Positions 7,303 through 10,593 of a stretch of 10,593 bases of DNA are shown one piece after another (position 1 is the first letter of the stretch; every line of letters begins with the position of its first letter). The stretch lies in the NCBI GenBank assembly GCA_050293845.1, contig JBNKNM010000198.1:1-10593 (forward strand), given 5' to 3'. The stretch comes from Pseudobacteriovorax sp. GTDB taxonomy: Bacteria > Bdellovibrionota_B > Oligoflexia > Oligoflexales > Oligoflexaceae. A model generated the notes under the pieces. That model was not told where the DNA came from and made no database searches. It saw nothing but the letters and a program-made list of their open reading frames with translations. Made by a program: the position numbers and the translations under genes.

Positions 7303-7965
7303 CTAAAAAATCCTGAGCACCACGCGACGGTTCTCCGTTTGGTTTTTCGCTATAGGATTTCCATCTTGATCCCGGTTAGGAAGTTCGGGACGGTGCTCTC
7401 CAAACCCCCTAGCTTCGCAGTTCTCCTGGCAGATATCCATAGCCTCCAGGATCTCCAGAACCGCTAGTGATCTCAAGGTCGATAAATGCCAATTCGAACG
7501 GAATTCCTTACTCTCAATCGGATTGTCGTCAGTATGACCTTCTACGGCGAGGTGGGCATAGCTAGGCAGCTTACCGAGCTTTTTGGAAAACTCCTGCAGT
7601 AATTTTTCGGCTTCAGGCTTGACCCTTGCTTTCCCTGAATCAAACAGCAATCCACCTAAGAAACTGATTTGAATACTCTTGTCATCAACTTTAATTTTTA
7701 CCTGATTTTCAAGGTTACTATCCTTCATGTGTTCTTCTAAATCGACAAGAACAGATGCGATACTTTCATCCTCCGTTTTACCCTGAAAGGCTTGTTTGAT
7801 GCGCTCGAATTTAATGGCTGATATGTTGGTCGCTGATATGAGCAAGGCAAAGAAAACTAGTATAATGGTCATCATATCACTATAACTAGTCTGCCATGTT
7901 TCACTACTCGACTTATCGAGTTCTGCAAGAATGTCGAGATGCTTAGGGCTATATTTTTTTGACAT
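7303..7965 (-). CDS. motB: MotB/PomB-family stator B subunit
   Basis: TM motif WQTSYSDMMTIILVFF with the conserved Asp30, plug-like helix KFERIKQAF, and OmpA-like peptidoglycan-binding domain (LLFDSGKA, VEGHTDD, SNWHLSTLRS, NRRV). Confidence 0.93.
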   Translation of the reverse strand: MSKKYSPKHLDILAELDKSSSETWQTSYSDMMTIILVFFALLISATNISAIKFERIKQAFQGKTEDESIASVLVDLEEHMKDSNLENQVKIKVDDKSIQISFLGGLLFDSGKARVKPEAEKLLQEFSKKLGKLPSYAHLAVEGHTDDNPIESKEFRSNWHLSTLRSLAVLEILEAMDICQENCEARGFGEHRPELPNRDQDGNPIAKNQTENRRVVLRIF

Positions 7966-8713
7966 CTAAATCTCTCAATCGTGTTTTCATATAAAACGAA
8001 GGCTTTTTCTGTTCGACATGTTCCAACCAGTACAAAAGATTGGTATGACTTTTGATATAAGCTGTTTTGCGCTTCTCAACAGAATGAATCAGTGGTACGA
8101 ACAATATATTACCTATAAATATCCCGTAGAGAGTTGTGATAAGGGCTAGAGACATATTTGAGCCTAGGGTATCAAAGTCTTTTAAATCACCTAATAACCG
8201 AATCAAGCCAAGCAAAGATCCGAACATACCAATGGCTGGAGCCAAAGCAGATATTTGTTTTAAGGTTGCAATATCCTGGTTTAATTTGACGACTACTTTT
8301 TGTATCTGAAATTCTAAAATATCTTTAATATCGTGAATAGGAACATTGATAGCCAGTTTTGTTGCTACGATATTCCAAATTCTAGGCATCTTGCGTCGTT
8401 TCACCTCATTACGGAGTTCCTCACCGCCATCGCTATGGTAAATATCTACAAGACCCTTGAGGTAGGTTTCCGATAACATAATCTGCTTCGATTGCTTATG
8501 GGAAGAGTAGGTAAGACAAAATAAGATGAATCGACGGGCATCGTTGACATCCATTAAGACGATTGAAACCCCCAAGATAACACCTGTGACCATAATAAGC
8601 GAAGGAATATGAATCACTCCCCCGAGTACAGACATATTTTCTACGGCCATACTGTAATATATAGCGGATGCCATCAAAGTGAATCCTAGGGAATTCTTAA
8701 TTAAACTTATCAT
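7949..8713 (-). CDS. motA: MotA/PomA-family stator A subunit (divergent)
   Basis: Motifs PSLIMVTG, APAIGMFGSLLGLI, LGSNMSLALITTLYG and NILFVPL. 254 aa; overlaps motB by 17 bp. Confidence 0.92.
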   Translation of the reverse strand: MISLIKNSLGFTLMASAIYYSMAVENMSVLGGVIHIPSLIMVTGVILGVSIVLMDVNDARRFILFCLTYSSHKQSKQIMLSETYLKGLVDIYHSDGGEELRNEVKRRKMPRIWNIVATKLAINVPIHDIKDILEFQIQKVVVKLNQDIATLKQISALAPAIGMFGSLLGLIRLLGDLKDFDTLGSNMSLALITTLYGIFIGNILFVPLIHSVEKRKTAYIKSHTNLLYWLEHVEQKKPSFYMKTRLRDLDVKKI

Positions 8714-8735
8714 TGATATTTCTCCAGTTCAGGGC

Positions 8736-10424
8736 TTAAACGAGGGCTCTGTATGTTTTTAGAATCTCATTTTGAGCTTGTTCGATCTCAGCAGTATTAA
8801 CTTTTACATCCTGCATCTTATAACTATCTATAAGTTGGCTGCGCATATCACCTAGCATTTTTGTCAGTTTTTTATCCATATTATGTTTGGCTAATGCTTT
8901 GCTGAGTACTTCGTTAGATATCCGTTGAAAAACCTTTTTGCCGATACCAATATCTAGTCTCAGAAAATCTTCGAAACTAATCAGGTACTTTTCAAATGCT
9001 GTGGGGACAGTTCCGTATTGCTGTGCCAGCTTTTTAATAACGTTGACACAATCAGTATCGGAATCAAGAAATAACAATTCCACAGCACTAGGATCAAGCA
9101 CATCGACTACGGCTTCATCTTTAAATTTATCAAATATAGCTCTTAACTTAATATCAAGCTCAGCTTTTAAGGCTCTATGTTCAGATGACATGTCTTCAAT
9201 AGTGCCACTTTCTGCTTGTAAATGCATTCTGCGTAGAAATTTAGCTTTATCTTCTAGTGAGATAACTTTATTGAGCTCTTCCATTTGAACATCACTCAAG
9301 TAAGGTGCAATAACTAGCAGGGTCTCTATGCAATTCGATTCTTTAGTTACTAATTGCGCTATATGGGAACCTGAAAGCTGACCGATGTAACCAAAAGGCT
9401 TCGATTCCACTTCTTCATTCAGGCGTATATATCGCTGGAGGTCACGGATGATCTTATCGAATAAGGCAATGCTGTCAGTTCGAGAAGATTCACTGCTACT
9501 TTCAACCTTTTCCAACGACAATAATTTACGGAAGTAGCTCTTCAAAGCTGGAGTTTGGATAGCGTTATAGAAATTTAGTTTGTCTTCAGTTTTGAGGCTT
9601 TGTAAAAATATTCTGGTGATAAGTGGTGATTGGTTGAGAATATCTACAATCTTATCAAGTTTTTTATTAATAAGTTGAGCATTTTGTTTTTTCTCATTGC
9701 CTGTGTCCATGGGGCTTGAGGGCGGCACATGGGTGTCTTCTTGACTACGTCGTTTAAAGTAAAAGCGTAGCCCAAGAATTGCTGCAATAAATAGCATTAG
9801 CAGTAAAAAGATATAAAATAAATCGATGGCCGATCCAGCTCGGCGATTGACATAGCCTAGTACCCACTCCCAGGGAGAGTCGTAGCTAAGTTGTGGTTCC
9901 AACGCGAGTTCAATCGTATTCAACGTGCCCTTATCACCAAACATTATATCAATCATCTCTTGGGTGGTTATGATGGCTAATTGTTTTTTAGATGAGTCCA
10001 GTGATTTATCAAGTATCAAGCGGACTGATACACTGATGATTTCGGAGCGATCTTTAAAAATAAACCGAGATTTTTCTTTGCGTTTTATCTTTGAAGCCTG
10101 ATCTGGTTTTGATTCTATCTGCTCAAAACCCGGCAAAGTAGCAGATTTTTTTTGAATATCTTGTTCCGATGAATCGTTCTCAAGTTCTCCTTCCAGGACG
10201 ACTTTTTCACGAAAGTTCTTCAATTGAGCATTAGCAAATATACGATAGGATTTTTCACTTAAAAATAGGTTAATGTCGTCAGTAATTTTCTGTAAAAACC
10301 TTTCTTCAATCGATTGCGAAGTTTGAACGTTTGAGTTTTTGATTTCCCTGGCTATGGCGGGTGACATCGCCAGTAAAATGAATATCGAGAAAATAATTTC
10401 TATTTTTCGAATATTACCTATCAT
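8736..10424 (-). CDS. FliF-FliG-like fusion protein: signal peptide, FliF RBM3-like periplasmic domain, one TM, then FliG N/M/C-like cytoplasmic domains
   Basis: FliG-M-like PFGYIGQLSGSHIAQLVTKE...LLVIAPYLS...KAKFLRRM. FliG-C-like LISFEDFLRLD...VFQRISNEVLSKAL...EIEQAQNEILKTYRAL. FliF-C-like IEERFLQKI...EIISVSVRLILD. TM at about aa 201-223. Lies directly upstream of motAB. Confidence 0.75.
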   Translation of the reverse strand: MIGNIRKIEIIFSIFILLAMSPAIAREIKNSNVQTSQSIEERFLQKITDDINLFLSEKSYRIFANAQLKNFREKVVLEGELENDSSEQDIQKKSATLPGFEQIESKPDQASKIKRKEKSRFIFKDRSEIISVSVRLILDKSLDSSKKQLAIITTQEMIDIMFGDKGTLNTIELALEPQLSYDSPWEWVLGYVNRRAGSAIDLFYIFLLLMLFIAAILGLRFYFKRRSQEDTHVPPSSPMDTGNEKKQNAQLINKKLDKIVDILNQSPLITRIFLQSLKTEDKLNFYNAIQTPALKSYFRKLLSLEKVESSSESSRTDSIALFDKIIRDLQRYIRLNEEVESKPFGYIGQLSGSHIAQLVTKESNCIETLLVIAPYLSDVQMEELNKVISLEDKAKFLRRMHLQAESGTIEDMSSEHRALKAELDIKLRAIFDKFKDEAVVDVLDPSAVELLFLDSDTDCVNVIKKLAQQYGTVPTAFEKYLISFEDFLRLDIGIGKKVFQRISNEVLSKALAKHNMDKKLTKMLGDMRSQLIDSYKMQDVKVNTAEIEQAQNEILKTYRALV

Positions 10425-10447
10425 GACCTTGTATCCCTAGTTAGTTT

Positions 10448-10593
10448 CTAAAAATTTTTCTTCACATTTTCATTCTGCCGTTTTCTCGCTTGCATGATTT
10501 TCTGAACTTGGCTCTTCAGAGTTTTTTGCCCCTTAATGACTGCGAGAATTTCTGGCTGGTCGGGATTTTGAGCTAAGGATTCCATCCATACTT
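10448..10593 (-). CDS. 3' end of an upstream gene (partial), probably a TPR-containing protein
   Basis: The frame from 10591 reads VWMESLAQNPDQPEILAVIKGQKTLKSQVQKIMQARKRQNENVKKNF* with TAG at 10448-10450. W.ESL..NPDQPEI resembles the end of a TPR. It ends 23 bp before the fusion gene. Confidence 0.6.
   Translation of the reverse strand, partial: VWMESLAQNPDQPEILAVIKGQKTLKSQVQKIMQARKRQNENVKKNF

Noticed and set aside
7303..8713. Zorya ZorAB, or ExbBD/TolQR-type interpretation of the stator pair
   Set aside because: The A subunit lacks the long ZorA tail and has MotA/PomA motifs. The B subunit has a plug and an OmpA-like domain, unlike ExbD/TolR. The neighbour is FliG-like, not ZorC/D/E.
8938..9288. 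116-aa plus-strand ORF
   Set aside because: It is a Ser-rich antisense shadow of the FliG-like domain.

Overview
AT-rich bacterial DNA; the gene style suggests Bdellovibrionota/Oligoflexia, but this is inference only. The left part (1-2.5 kb, minus strand) is a surface-polysaccharide modification cluster: a BcbE-like nucleotidyltransferase, an LPG-synthase/flippase-like membrane protein, and a BcbF-like HAD phosphatase fused to a GT2 domain that looks truncated. The middle holds an M23 peptidase with a sigma-54-type promoter, a small Cys-rich lipoprotein, a DUF1801 protein and a stand-alone secreted P-domain protein. The right part (5.7-10.6 kb, minus strand) is the main result, a compact operon: TPR-like protein (partial) > single-chain FliF-FliG-like fusion > MotA > MotB > DUF4177-like lipoprotein > Glu/Gly-repeat LRR lipoprotein. 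It looks like a self-contained ring+rotor+stator rotary motor. No rod, hook, export or switch genes lie beside it in this window, the FliM-binding motif is degenerate, and the stator-rotor charges are altered on both partners, so it is a candidate non-flagellar rotary machine. All family calls are by-eye motif recognition, not database searches.
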